Shown here piece after piece: positions 1 to 8,125 of a DNA stretch of 50,423 bases (within the stretch, counting starts at the first letter, position 1; every line of letters starts with the position of its first letter). Position numbers and translations under genes: made by a program. The notes under the pieces are model-generated. The model was not told the origin of the DNA, made no database searches, and was given only the letters and a program-made list of their open reading frames with translations. Source of the DNA: a virus (lineage: Duplodnaviria > Caudoviricetes); IMG/VR virus record IMGVR_UViG_3300025030_000147, positions 1 through 50,423 of that record. One strand, 5' to 3'.

Positions 1-214
1 GGACCCTCCGGAGCTCCACCTGCCGCCCTGGACCCTCCGGAGCTCCACCTGCCGCCCTGGACCCTCCGGAGCTCCACCTGCCGCCCTGGACCCTCCGGAG
101 CTCCACCTGCCGCCCTGGACCCTCCGGAGCTCCACCTGCCGCCCTGGACCCTCCGGAGCTCCACCTGCCGCCCTGGACCCTCCGGAGCTCCACCTGCCGC
201 CCTGGACCCTCCGG
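1..214. repeat. Perfect tandem repeat, 29-bp unit GGACCCTCCGGAGCTCCACCTGCCGCCCT, 7 copies plus a partial copy (may be truncated by the window edge)
   Basis: Identical units start at 1,30,59,88,117,146,175,204; no spacers; internal palindrome GGAGCTCC. Confidence 0.97.
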
Positions 215-221
215 CCTGGGA

Positions 222-238
222 TTATCCACATATCCACA
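222..238 (+). promoter_or_regulatory. DnaA box TTATCCACA (222-230) plus overlapping 1-mismatch box ATATCCACA (230-238)
   Basis: Exact match to the canonical DnaA R-box. Confidence 0.65.
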
Positions 239-394
239 GGTTGCTACCCGCGCCCGGCCCCCGCTCCCCCGGCGGCTCCCCGGTCTGGTACTATGGCTTT
301 TTGAAAAAGTAACCGAGCCGCGCAGCAAAACGGCCCGAACAGTGGTGAGCTGTCGGACCGTCTGTAACTATGGGTTTTTGCTAGACTAACCGGG

Positions 395-742
395 CTATCC
401 TGGGGTTTGTAGCTCGGGGGCGGACACGTACCGCGAGGTGATGCTATCCGCTACCCCGGGCGCTCCCTGCAGGCGAGCCAGCCTGGCGCATTGCTGTGCT
501 GCCGCACTTGTGACATCCCTGTAGGCAGACTTCATCGCCCGGTCGTAAATCACAGCGGTGACCCTGACCCACGGCGCTTGGCTCTCAGGCGACAGGTTCT
601 CCCACAAAGTGCATGGTTCCCCTCGGGCTTGCCAGTATGTCTCGTACAATTCTTGGGCTAGAGATGGCACAGCCACCTCCCCAGGGCGGCGCCGATCAGC
701 AACCCGACCGCCGCTCCGATCATTGCTCCCCACCGGACCCAC
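395..742 (-). CDS. Hypothetical protein (true start probably GTG near 670 after GGAGG)
   Basis: ORF co-oriented with left-arm operon; RBS-like GGAGG inside the ORF 5' end. Confidence 0.55.
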   Translation of the reverse strand: MGPVGSNDRSGGRVADRRRPGEVAVPSLAQELYETYWQARGEPCTLWENLSPESQAPWVRVTAVIYDRAMKSAYRDVTSAAAQQCARLARLQGAPGVADSITSRYVSAPELQTPG

Positions 743-773
743 CCTGCATTCCGCGCTCTGCCGACATACGCCC

Positions 774-1088
774 TCATATCAGCAACCCCGCGAGCCTACG
801 GTCTGCGGCTGCCAGCGCCTCGGGGCTACCGTCCGACAGGCTGGCGCGTACTGTCTTAATCTCGTCGGCCAGTGTGCGGGTCGTGAGGGCACGGTGGCGC
901 AGCAAGATACTGTCGGACGGATCGCTGGAGATCCCCAAGCCCTCCGACTCGCCGTGGCAGCGCAACGTGGTCAGGTCGACAAACCCCGCACTGGTGCATT
1001 TGCCGCCCAGGCGCTCCAGCATCTCGCCGTGGCTCATACCGCAGTGGAAAAGGACCATCTCGATGTGATTGATTACAATGTATTTCAT
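774..1088 (-). CDS. Hypothetical phage protein (MKYIVINH...)
   Basis: ORF with GGAGG RBS upstream of ATG 1088. Confidence 0.6.
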   Translation of the reverse strand: MKYIVINHIEMVLFHCGMSHGEMLERLGGKCTSAGFVDLTTLRCHGESEGLGISSDPSDSILLRHRALTTRTLADEIKTVRASLSDGSPEALAAADRRLAGLLI

Positions 1089-1174
1089 GTGGTGGTGCCC
1101 TCCAGCCCCAGTGGGGCAAGTAGTAAGGCGCGACAGACCCCGCACCTATGGGTTTTCTGCAAAGTAACCGGGTG

Positions 1175-2056
1175 TTACAGCAATTCGCCTCGCTCGACTT
1201 GGTATTCCCCCCAGGTACGGGTCTTGTAGAGTTGACGGTTGTTCACCCACCGAGCAAGCCGGCGCTGATCGCGGGTCGGCGGCGTACCGTCCATGTCTAG
1301 GTACGGTTGGCAGAAGGGCTCAACGCTGATCCCCTTGAGAAACCGGACCCGCTGCACCGCATCGGCCACATCCTTGACCAGCACGTAGCACCAATAGTTC
1401 CGTGGTGAGACATTGTGCCAACGCATCGTTTCCACGGCCCGGCGGACCGTCTCAATCTGGCTGCTGTCATCACACGCGAGGCGGACGGGGGAGAGCCATT
1501 TGACCTTGGACAGCAACCGGGCCATCGGTGCATCTATCAACCGCGCATCAAGCCCTTGGTTGAAGTCCACCTTGATTCCGAGCCGTGCTATTTCCTCAAT
1601 CTGGTGAATACCGTGCTGGTGAGCCAGCACGTTGTTGTCCATCAGGACCGCTGCGCTGTGGCTCGGGTGCATTATCTGCTGGATCGTGGACGCAGCACGG
1701 ATCTCACCCTCTTTTGCAGGGACGAAGCACCAAGGACACTTACGAGGACAGCCCCTGGTTAAAAATCCCATCGAGTGTGACAGATTGTACAACGAGTAGT
1801 CGGGGAAACACGCCTCGATGTAGTCCGGCAGCACGGCGGTTATATCGTAGCCCGTTCCACCTTTTATGGTGTCGGCGGGCAGCGTATCGTCTGTAGGGGT
1901 GCTGGTGAATACCTTGCTGGAGTACACCCGGTCGTACTCGCTGCCCGGCTGGTACCATTCCACCGAGTCACCGCACACCTTATGGAACGAACTGATTTTC
2001 ATCAGCGCCAGGTTGGGGAAGTCGGTCTTGTCAGCATCGTGCAGTGCGACTCTCAC
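1175..2056 (-). CDS. Radical SAM protein
   Basis: CxxxCxxC motif RGCPRKCPWC, followed by DNN and DFNQGLDARL motifs. Confidence 0.88.
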   Translation of the reverse strand: MRVALHDADKTDFPNLALMKISSFHKVCGDSVEWYQPGSEYDRVYSSKVFTSTPTDDTLPADTIKGGTGYDITAVLPDYIEACFPDYSLYNLSHSMGFLTRGCPRKCPWCFVPAKEGEIRAASTIQQIMHPSHSAAVLMDNNVLAHQHGIHQIEEIARLGIKVDFNQGLDARLIDAPMARLLSKVKWLSPVRLACDDSSQIETVRRAVETMRWHNVSPRNYWCYVLVKDVADAVQRVRFLKGISVEPFCQPYLDMDGTPPTRDQRRLARWVNNRQLYKTRTWGEYQVERGELL

Positions 2057-4452
2057 CCCGCCACCCCCTGCGCCGCGGTGCCCATCACCATGTCAGCCAC
2101 TGTGACCGCCCCCTGTTGTGCCTCGGTGTAGTAGCGCACCACATCCGCCGCACGGGTGAGTCCGCAGGCCAGATGCCCTCGACGGATGAACAGCCGCGGC
2201 TTACCGACCGTTCCGCAATCCATGAATGAATTGTTCACCCGGCCGTCCGGCAGCGCCGGGTGCCAGTCGTATCCGATGGATTGCAGCACCTCGCGGCGCC
2301 TGGAGCGGGGTACCCGGCCGCCCGAGTGTCGCTGGTCCAACAGGCGGTCGAATGCCAAGCTGCTGATCCACCCGCCGGCAAACCCGGGCCGCCCTTCCTC
2401 GATGGCTTCCAGCACTTCCTGCTCGATGCCGCCCATGCTGACGGCCAGCGCCTCGGTCGTGCTGGTGGTTGCCGGCGCGCGGTGGCACATGGTGGTCGGG
2501 TTGAGTTCATCAGGTATGGCGTAGGAGCGCAGGTACCAGTTGACCACCGCATAGCCGCCGTTGTCCAACCAGGTGTAGAGGACCGGGAAGTAATCGCCCG
2601 TCATGCCGTCGCGCTCCAGGTCGCTCTTGTGCTGTTGTGCGGTGAAAAAGATGGCGTACCGGCGGTCATCTTCCTTAACGCGCAGAGCATCCTTGTGGTT
2701 GGTACACATGAAGAAATTGGCCCGGTTGTCGCCCGTCGACTGGTTGGTACCCTTGCCCTGGATGTCGACCCGCTTGTTCGCCACAAGGCGCTTGAGGGTG
2801 TTGACCAGATCCTGTTTCTCAGCCACATAGACCTCTTCTACGCCGATGAACAGCTTGTTGAGAATCCATGAGTTGAATTTATTGCTGATGTCGTCGGGGT
2901 TCGGGTAGTGGGTGTAGCGCAGGCCGACCGCGTAGGTCAGCGCGTTGATGAACAGGGTCTTGCCGTTGCCCTGCACGCCCTGGAGGATCGGTGCCCAAAA
3001 GAATTTCTTGCCCGGGTACTGCACCAGCGCCGCCATGTAGGAGAGCAGTATTTGCTGGTCGCGGGTGTCGGGGAGTAGACGGGCAACGTGATTCAGGAAC
3101 AGCGACGGATCGCCGGGCTGCTGCGGCGTGACCACCGGGACGTAGGTGTTGACCAGCGTGCGGCCCTCTTCCTCGAACATGGCGCCGGGCGGGAGTTCCG
3201 GCCGGAAGCAGGAGGCGTGCGCTTTGGGGAAGGTGTACCCTTGCGACTCGGTGAACACTTCCCATGCGCTCTTGGTGGTCTTGTCGTTCTGCATGTCGAG
3301 GCAGAAGGTGTAGCCACCATACGCCGTGCGGAACTGCTCGGGCTTGAGCAGCGAACCATCAGGAATGAATACCGCATGATCCTCTCGGACGTACACGCAG
3401 CCGGTGAAGTGGGGGATCTGGTTCGGCACGCTCATGAGTTGCATCCCGGTCCGCAATCCGGTGGTCGGGTCGGCGGGGGCTATCACCTCGGGCGGCGGTT
3501 CGACTACCGCGGGCTTGCTGCCCCCTGAGTACACCTCGCGGCACAGGTTGACCGCAGGGAGGATCGCCCTCTTTTCCCGGTAGTCCTGACGGTCGGCCCA
3601 CTTGTCGCGCATGAGCCCTGACAGGCGAAACAGGCGGTCCATCCGCTCGCAATCCTTGCCGGTCCAGAACGCCAGGTGGGCACAGAGGGCAAAGTCCGCC
3701 GCGCTGTGGTCAAACCCCCGGGGGTCCGGCCATACCCTACTCAGGGCATCCATGTCGGCGGTCCATAGCTGCTGGAGGGTTGCCTTGCCGCCCATCACCG
3801 CGCCTGCGCTGGGGCGGCTCGCCAGCATACGGTCGATCAGTTCGGCGTCGGACTCAGGGCCGGACCACTCAGGGCATGGGCCGGTGGTCCATTCCTCGTC
3901 GTGCGCCCCGGCGGCCAGTCCGGCAGACCACCCGGGCAGCGACCGGACGTGCGACAGGTCGGCTACGTGGTGGGCTGTCCCTTGCGCCCCGGTCCCGGTC
4001 AGGGCGACGAAGCGGTTGCGGGTGTAGAGTTCCAGGCCCAGGAGCGGGTTGCGGGTGCCATGCTCGCCAAGCGGCGGCGTGGTACCTATGATGTGCAGGC
4101 CGGTCCCGCTATGGGATACCTCGATGAAGCAGCCTTGCAGGCGGCTGCACAGGTCGGTGGCGAGGTCGGACCAGCGGCCGGGCTGCCCCTCAACAGTGGG
4201 CGCCGTATAGGCGCCGTCGATGTCCAGAAAGAAGAACGGGTCTTGCTCGGTGAACACAAAACCGATGCCGTAGCTGCCCTGGGCGGCCAGGGCTTGCTCC
4301 AGGGTCAGCCGCGCCGCCGGATCGCCGTGGTCGGTCAGCCAGCCGGTCTGCGGGTTGACGGGTATCTTGTCGGTCTTGCCGGGTCGGGCGCTCGGGCGCA
4401 CCGTGTATAGGACGAATTGCGGGTAATCTGCTAGACCTGGATACATGCTCAC
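2053..4452 (-). CDS. DNA primase-polymerase/SF3 helicase fusion
   Basis: N-terminal AEP motifs (FFLDID, EVSHSGTGLH); C-terminal Walker A GVQGNGKT, Walker B IGVEE, MCTNH, DRRY. Confidence 0.9.
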   Translation of the reverse strand: MSMYPGLADYPQFVLYTVRPSARPGKTDKIPVNPQTGWLTDHGDPAARLTLEQALAAQGSYGIGFVFTEQDPFFFLDIDGAYTAPTVEGQPGRWSDLATDLCSRLQGCFIEVSHSGTGLHIIGTTPPLGEHGTRNPLLGLELYTRNRFVALTGTGAQGTAHHVADLSHVRSLPGWSAGLAAGAHDEEWTTGPCPEWSGPESDAELIDRMLASRPSAGAVMGGKATLQQLWTADMDALSRVWPDPRGFDHSAADFALCAHLAFWTGKDCERMDRLFRLSGLMRDKWADRQDYREKRAILPAVNLCREVYSGGSKPAVVEPPPEVIAPADPTTGLRTGMQLMSVPNQIPHFTGCVYVREDHAVFIPDGSLLKPEQFRTAYGGYTFCLDMQNDKTTKSAWEVFTESQGYTFPKAHASCFRPELPPGAMFEEEGRTLVNTYVPVVTPQQPGDPSLFLNHVARLLPDTRDQQILLSYMAALVQYPGKKFFWAPILQGVQGNGKTLFINALTYAVGLRYTHYPNPDDISNKFNSWILNKLFIGVEEVYVAEKQDLVNTLKRLVANKRVDIQGKGTNQSTGDNRANFFMCTNHKDALRVKEDDRRYAIFFTAQQHKSDLERDGMTGDYFPVLYTWLDNGGYAVVNWYLRSYAIPDELNPTTMCHRAPATTSTTEALAVSMGGIEQEVLEAIEEGRPGFAGGWISSLAFDRLLDQRHSGGRVPRSRRREVLQSIGYDWHPALPDGRVNNSFMDCGTVGKPRLFIRRGHLACGLTRAADVVRYYTEAQQGAVTVADMVMGTAAQGVAG

Positions 4453-4456
4453 CCCT

Positions 4457-4756
4457 CTACATCATTGAATTAAAAGCTCTTTCCCTCAACTCCCTCGGTG
4501 CGGCCAGTGCTATGGGGCACCGAGCGGCTATCCCGCTGGCAATCAGCGGCAGGACTTCCCGGCGGACCGCCTCGCGCATCACCTCGTCGCGCATCAGGGC
4601 GGTGGACAGGAAATAGTGGGTGATCAGCCCCCGACTCACGCCGGTCACGGCCGCCAGCCGGGCCGTGGATAGCTGATCGTAGGGGAGCGCCAGGGCGGCT
4701 GCCAGGAGGGCGGCTCGGCGGTCTGCGGCGGGTAAGCGGGCCGGGGTAGTGGTCAT
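4457..4756 (-). CDS. TetR-like HTH DNA-binding protein
   Basis: STARLAAVTGVSRGLITHYF matches the TetR HTH pattern; AGGAG RBS. Confidence 0.7.
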   Translation of the reverse strand: MTTTPARLPAADRRAALLAAALALPYDQLSTARLAAVTGVSRGLITHYFLSTALMRDEVMREAVRREVLPLIASGIAARCPIALAAPRELRERAFNSMM

Positions 4757-4800
4757 CGGGTATGTCTCCTTAACTATGGGTTTGTGGAAAAGTAAGCGGG

Positions 4801-5277
4801 TTATGCGCTAGTCACAAACCGCCCGATGCCGCCGAGCGATATGACCAGGTTGATAAATGCGAGCTGTGCGCGGGCGCGGTCGTCGGACTCACGGTATTTC
4901 CAGTTTGGTGCCTTGATCTCTTCCGCGGTGAAGATCCCGACTACATGACCAACCATCCGCGGCGTGACCACAACCCGTGTGATGCCGATCAGGTCGCTGG
5001 ACTTCATGACCTTGTTGAGTTTCGCGCTGGTGTTGCCGAGCCCGTAGCGGATCAATCTGCCCGTCTCGTCGGTGCAGGCGCCCGAGTTGTTGCGCCACAG
5101 GCGCCCGCCCTCTCTTGCTGCCTGTAGCATCCTTTGCTGTTGAACCGCCGCCTCGCTGGCAAGCGGTGCGTGGGTGGCAGTGGGCGTAGGGTCGGTGTCG
5201 ATCCCCAGGGTCTGCAGAAGGTCCGACATGGCGAGGGGCGATATGTTGTGGCGCGCGGCCCATTGGTAGAGGATCAT
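4801..5277 (-). CDS. VRR-NUC-family PD-(D/E)xK nuclease (probable resolvase)
   Basis: SEAAVQ..LWRNNSG..SSDLIG..AEEIK..AQLAFI motifs. Confidence 0.8.
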   Translation of the reverse strand: MILYQWAARHNISPLAMSDLLQTLGIDTDPTPTATHAPLASEAAVQQQRMLQAAREGGRLWRNNSGACTDETGRLIRYGLGNTSAKLNKVMKSSDLIGITRVVVTPRMVGHVVGIFTAEEIKAPNWKYRESDDRARAQLAFINLVISLGGIGRFVTSA

Positions 5278-5408
5278 TTGGTGGGCTGCTCCCCGGCGGC
5301 CAGGCGCTCGGCCTCACACCGCCCACAGATCATGCAACGGATTTCCGCCTCAGTCGGGTCGCAAATCCTTTCGCCCGTGTGCTTGCAAACGTGACATACC
5401 GGTGCCAT
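5274..5408 (-). CDS. 44-aa Cys-rich (zinc-finger-like) protein, not in ORF track
   Basis: MAPVCHVCKH...CMICGRC; GGAGG RBS; ATGA overlap with next gene. Confidence 0.65.
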   Translation of the reverse strand: MAPVCHVCKHTGERICDPTEAEIRCMICGRCEAERLAAGEQPTK

Positions 5409-5420
5409 ACCCTACCTCCC

Positions 5421-5495
5421 TTATTTCAGTACCGCCCACAGCAGAACAACGACTATCAACGTGTTACAGATTGCCTCCACGCTCGCGTGATCCAT
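5421..5495 (-). CDS. 24-aa single-TM peptide MDHASVEAICNTLIVVVLLWAVLK, not in ORF track
   Basis: Strong GGAGGT RBS; exactly fills the gap between neighbours. Confidence 0.5.
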   Translation of the reverse strand: MDHASVEAICNTLIVVVLLWAVLK

Positions 5496-5498
5496 ACG

Positions 5499-5666
5499 CT
5501 ACCTCCCCTCGGTCAGTGATCTTGCAGCAGTCTCGCAGTCGTCGGCAACGCAATAGCCGTCGCAGGTCGTTTCGTCGTACTCAATGGTCATCTCGGGGCA
5601 GTGCCCCCTAATGAACATCGCAGCTACCCTCAACATTTCGATTGCCCTTTTTATATCCTCGCTCAC
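5499..5666 (-). CDS. Small hypothetical protein (GTG start, MSEDIKRAIEMLR...)
   Basis: GTGA overlap with upstream ORF stop. Confidence 0.55.
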   Translation of the reverse strand: MSEDIKRAIEMLRVAAMFIRGHCPEMTIEYDETTCDGYCVADDCETAARSLTEGR

Positions 5667-5938
5667 GCGCCCCCCCCCCCCCCCCCCCCCCCCCCGATCA
5701 GTGATGGTGTCGCACCGCATGACGGGCAGACAGATTGGTTGTGGACCGTAAGACATTTGACGTTACTGCAAACATGTACCTCTTTGTTAATCTCAATCTG
5801 CCAAGGGCAATCATCGCAGTTCCAACCATATTCGTGAGCGCAGTCATAATCTCCGAAGTAATCGTCCCGATAGCCTCCACACCCGCGGCGGACCACCTTT
5901 TTGTACTTTCTGCTACGTGGATTCTTGGGTGCCCTCAC
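5663..5938 (-). CDS. Cys-rich hypothetical protein ending in poly-Gly
   Basis: ORF overlapping helicase stop; CxxC pairs. Confidence 0.55.
   Translation of the reverse strand: MRAPKNPRSRKYKKVVRRGCGGYRDDYFGDYDCAHEYGWNCDDCPWQIEINKEVHVCSNVKCLTVHNQSVCPSCGATPSLIGGGGGGGGGA
5670..5695. repeat. C26 homopolymer (G26 on the coding strand)
   Basis: Directly counted. Confidence 0.9.
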
Positions 5939-7581
5939 GCGCTGACCCTCCCCATTGCTGAATTGACCCGTGCGGCCAGCGCCTCAGCGTCGGCCCGCCC
6001 GAGTGTCTGTGCTGTCAGAATATCCACCCCGAAGGTATGGTAGAACCGGCGGTGCAGCACGCGGTCCGGCTCGCCCAGGTACCGGCGCCATCCGCCGTAC
6101 CAGCTTATTGCTTCCCGCAACACCGTCTGCGCCCGCTGTCGTTCCTCATGCTGGTTGGCGGCCCCCTTGGCTACAGGGTACGGCTTGCCGGCCATCTGTA
6201 GGCCGCGCATCACCGCGTCAGGGTGGCGGTCTATCCGCTCTATCTCCCCGCGCATCGCCGCCAGCGTCTCGGCGTCCAGCTCACACAGGTCACCATCGAC
6301 CATCTCCGGTGCGGTCCGGCCGGCGGGTACCGGCACCCACCCACAGAATGGGCAGGCCGGATACACAGCCTCGTAGGGCGCCAGGCAGATGGGATTCAGA
6401 CAGTTGCGCAACGGGATAAGCCCATCATCCGTCTTGCTGCCCGACCGCTTTTCCTTGCGGTCCAGCGTCCAGGTGCGAGGGCGGTCTGGTAAACCGTGAC
6501 GCAGCACGTTGCCTACGTGGTCTATGATGATCGCCCGCTCCTTGCCCTCCAACAGCCGCAGAGCACGACCAAACTGCTGGATATACAGTCCGTAAGACTG
6601 CGTTGCGCGAGCCATTGTGACCACCTCGACTGCCGGGATGTCCACCCCCTCGCCGAACAGATCTACGTTGACGAGCTGCAGCAACTCACGGCGCTCGAAC
6701 CGGCGCATGATCTCCACACGCATCTTGTCGGGGGTCTGTGCGGTCACGACCTCGGCCGGTACACCCGCCTGGTTGAACATCGCGGAGAATTGGGTGGCGG
6801 TTTCCACGTCCGGCGCAAAGGTGATCCCGAGGGCGCCCGGGGCGATCCGCAAGTAGTGGTCTACCACATGGCCCATTACGGTGGATTTCTGCGTCTTGAG
6901 AGCGAGCTGGCCGCGCACATAGTCGCCATCCGCCCCGGTCGCTACGCTGGACAGGTCCAGATCGCTCGGTGGGCAGAAGATACGGTACTCAGTGAGGTAC
7001 CCCGCGGTGATCAGGTCGCGCATCCCCGGTCCCTCAACCATGAAGTCGAACAGCCCATCAGCGTGTCGCCCGAGCCCCTTACCGTCCGCGCGCTCCGGTG
7101 TGGCGGTCACACCCAGGCCGCGAGCGTTGGGGAACATGGCGACCGCTTTGCCCCATTGGTTGTTCTTAATGAGGTGATGCGATTCATCTAGTACCCAAAG
7201 CGTCACCTGGTTCGCCCAATGAGCCAATTTGTCGGCCCGGCTGACCAACGTACCGACCCCTGCCACCGCACACGGCGCCTGGGGGTCGTAGAAGTCACGA
7301 CCGAATTTCTGGATGTGCGTGGACACTATATTGCGAACCACATTACTGGGTGCAATGATACGATGCCTGATGCCATAACTACCTAAAGTACGGGACATTT
7401 GACCAACAAGCTCTTGGCGATGCGCGATTGCGACAGAGTGGCCCTGGTGGTTTGACAGAGCCTTAGCAAACAGGACTGTCTTGCCAGATCCGGTCGGGCT
7501 CACCACCAGTCCATTGAGTGCGCCGAGCCACCCGGCGTACAGTTCTATCAGTGCTTTGTCTTGGTAGGGTCGAAGTATCAT
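5935..7581 (-). CDS. Superfamily 2 (DExH, RadD/YejH-like) helicase with C-terminal zinc finger
   Basis: LRPYQ, SPTGSGKT, DESHH, TATP, EGVDIP, QQFGRALR; CxxxxC...CxxC. Confidence 0.93.
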   Translation of the reverse strand: MILRPYQDKALIELYAGWLGALNGLVVSPTGSGKTVLFAKALSNHQGHSVAIAHRQELVGQMSRTLGSYGIRHRIIAPSNVVRNIVSTHIQKFGRDFYDPQAPCAVAGVGTLVSRADKLAHWANQVTLWVLDESHHLIKNNQWGKAVAMFPNARGLGVTATPERADGKGLGRHADGLFDFMVEGPGMRDLITAGYLTEYRIFCPPSDLDLSSVATGADGDYVRGQLALKTQKSTVMGHVVDHYLRIAPGALGITFAPDVETATQFSAMFNQAGVPAEVVTAQTPDKMRVEIMRRFERRELLQLVNVDLFGEGVDIPAVEVVTMARATQSYGLYIQQFGRALRLLEGKERAIIIDHVGNVLRHGLPDRPRTWTLDRKEKRSGSKTDDGLIPLRNCLNPICLAPYEAVYPACPFCGWVPVPAGRTAPEMVDGDLCELDAETLAAMRGEIERIDRHPDAVMRGLQMAGKPYPVAKGAANQHEERQRAQTVLREAISWYGGWRRYLGEPDRVLHRRFYHTFGVDILTAQTLGRADAEALAARVNSAMGRVSA

Positions 7582-7589
7582 GGGTCGCA

Positions 7590-7618
7590 AACATACAGAC
7601 AGTTGGCGGTACTGTCAA
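7590..7618 (-). promoter_or_regulatory. Sigma70 promoter, leftward (TTGACA-17-TATGTT)
   Basis: Perfect -35 and 17-bp spacing, directly upstream of helicase. Confidence 0.75.
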
Positions 7619-7655
7619 TACTCAGATTATTATAAATTTATAACGCAAATAATTG

Positions 7656-7684
7656 TTGACACCTGCGCCAACTGTCTGTATTGT
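7656..7684 (+). promoter_or_regulatory. Sigma70 promoter, rightward (TTGACA-17-TATTGT)
   Basis: Perfect -35 and 17-bp spacing; AT-rich UP region; shares CGCCAACTGTCTGTAT with the leftward promoter. Confidence 0.8.
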
Positions 7685-7721
7685 CCCTCAACACTTAACC
7701 ACCACACGGAGGATATGACAG

Positions 7722-8123
7722 ATGAAACGAGTCCTACAGAGAGTTAAAAACGAAACCTACTATTTTGTAGGTGGTGAAAGAGCGGTAGGTGTTCCTACCG
7801 GTATCGAGGGCAACCTGACCGGTATCCGGGGCGACCTGTCCGGTATCCGGGGCGACCTGTCCGGTATCGAGGGCGACCTGTCCGGTATCTGGGGCAACCT
7901 GACCGGTATCGAGGGCAACCTGTCCGGTATCCGGGGCGACCTGTCCGGTATCCGGGGCGACCTGACCGGTATCTGGGGCAACCTGACCGGTATCGAGGGC
8001 AACCTGACCGGTATCCGGGGCGACCTGACCGGTATCGAGGGCGACCTGTCCGAAGCAGAATTAACCGACGAAGAACGCGCAGCAGGCGTGAACATCACGG
8101 ATCTCATCAAGGAGGAAGTATAG
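7722..8123 (+). CDS. Heptapeptide-repeat protein ([TS]GI[ERW]G[ND]L x12)
   Basis: GGAGG RBS; in-frame 21-bp tandem repeat. Confidence 0.8.
   Translation: MKRVLQRVKNETYYFVGGERAVGVPTGIEGNLTGIRGDLSGIRGDLSGIEGDLSGIWGNLTGIEGNLSGIRGDLSGIRGDLTGIWGNLTGIEGNLTGIRGDLTGIEGDLSEAELTDEERAAGVNITDLIKEEV
7797..8048 (+). repeat. 12 x 21-bp coding tandem repeat
   Basis: WCCGGTATC(GAG/CGG/TGG)GGCRACCTG units. Confidence 0.95.
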
Positions 8124-8125
8124 GT

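Larger units (their letters stand above)
291..4800 (-). repeat. Dispersed 27-bp motif, 4 copies (291-317, 368-394, 1146-1172, 4774-4800), consensus CTATGGGTTTTtgnAAAGTAACCGGG on +
   Basis: Ungapped alignment of four intergenic copies, all in the same orientation. Confidence 0.85.

Noticed and set aside
1-214. CRISPR array
   Set aside because: Units are head-to-tail and identical, with no spacers; no cas operon
1175-2056. 7-deazaguanine (QueE-type) DNA modification pathway
   Set aside because: No folE/queC/queD/dpdA-like genes in the window and the motif context is not QueE-like
7722-8123. Collagen-like or standard pentapeptide repeat
   Set aside because: Period is 7 residues, neither Gly-X-Y nor A(D/N)LXX
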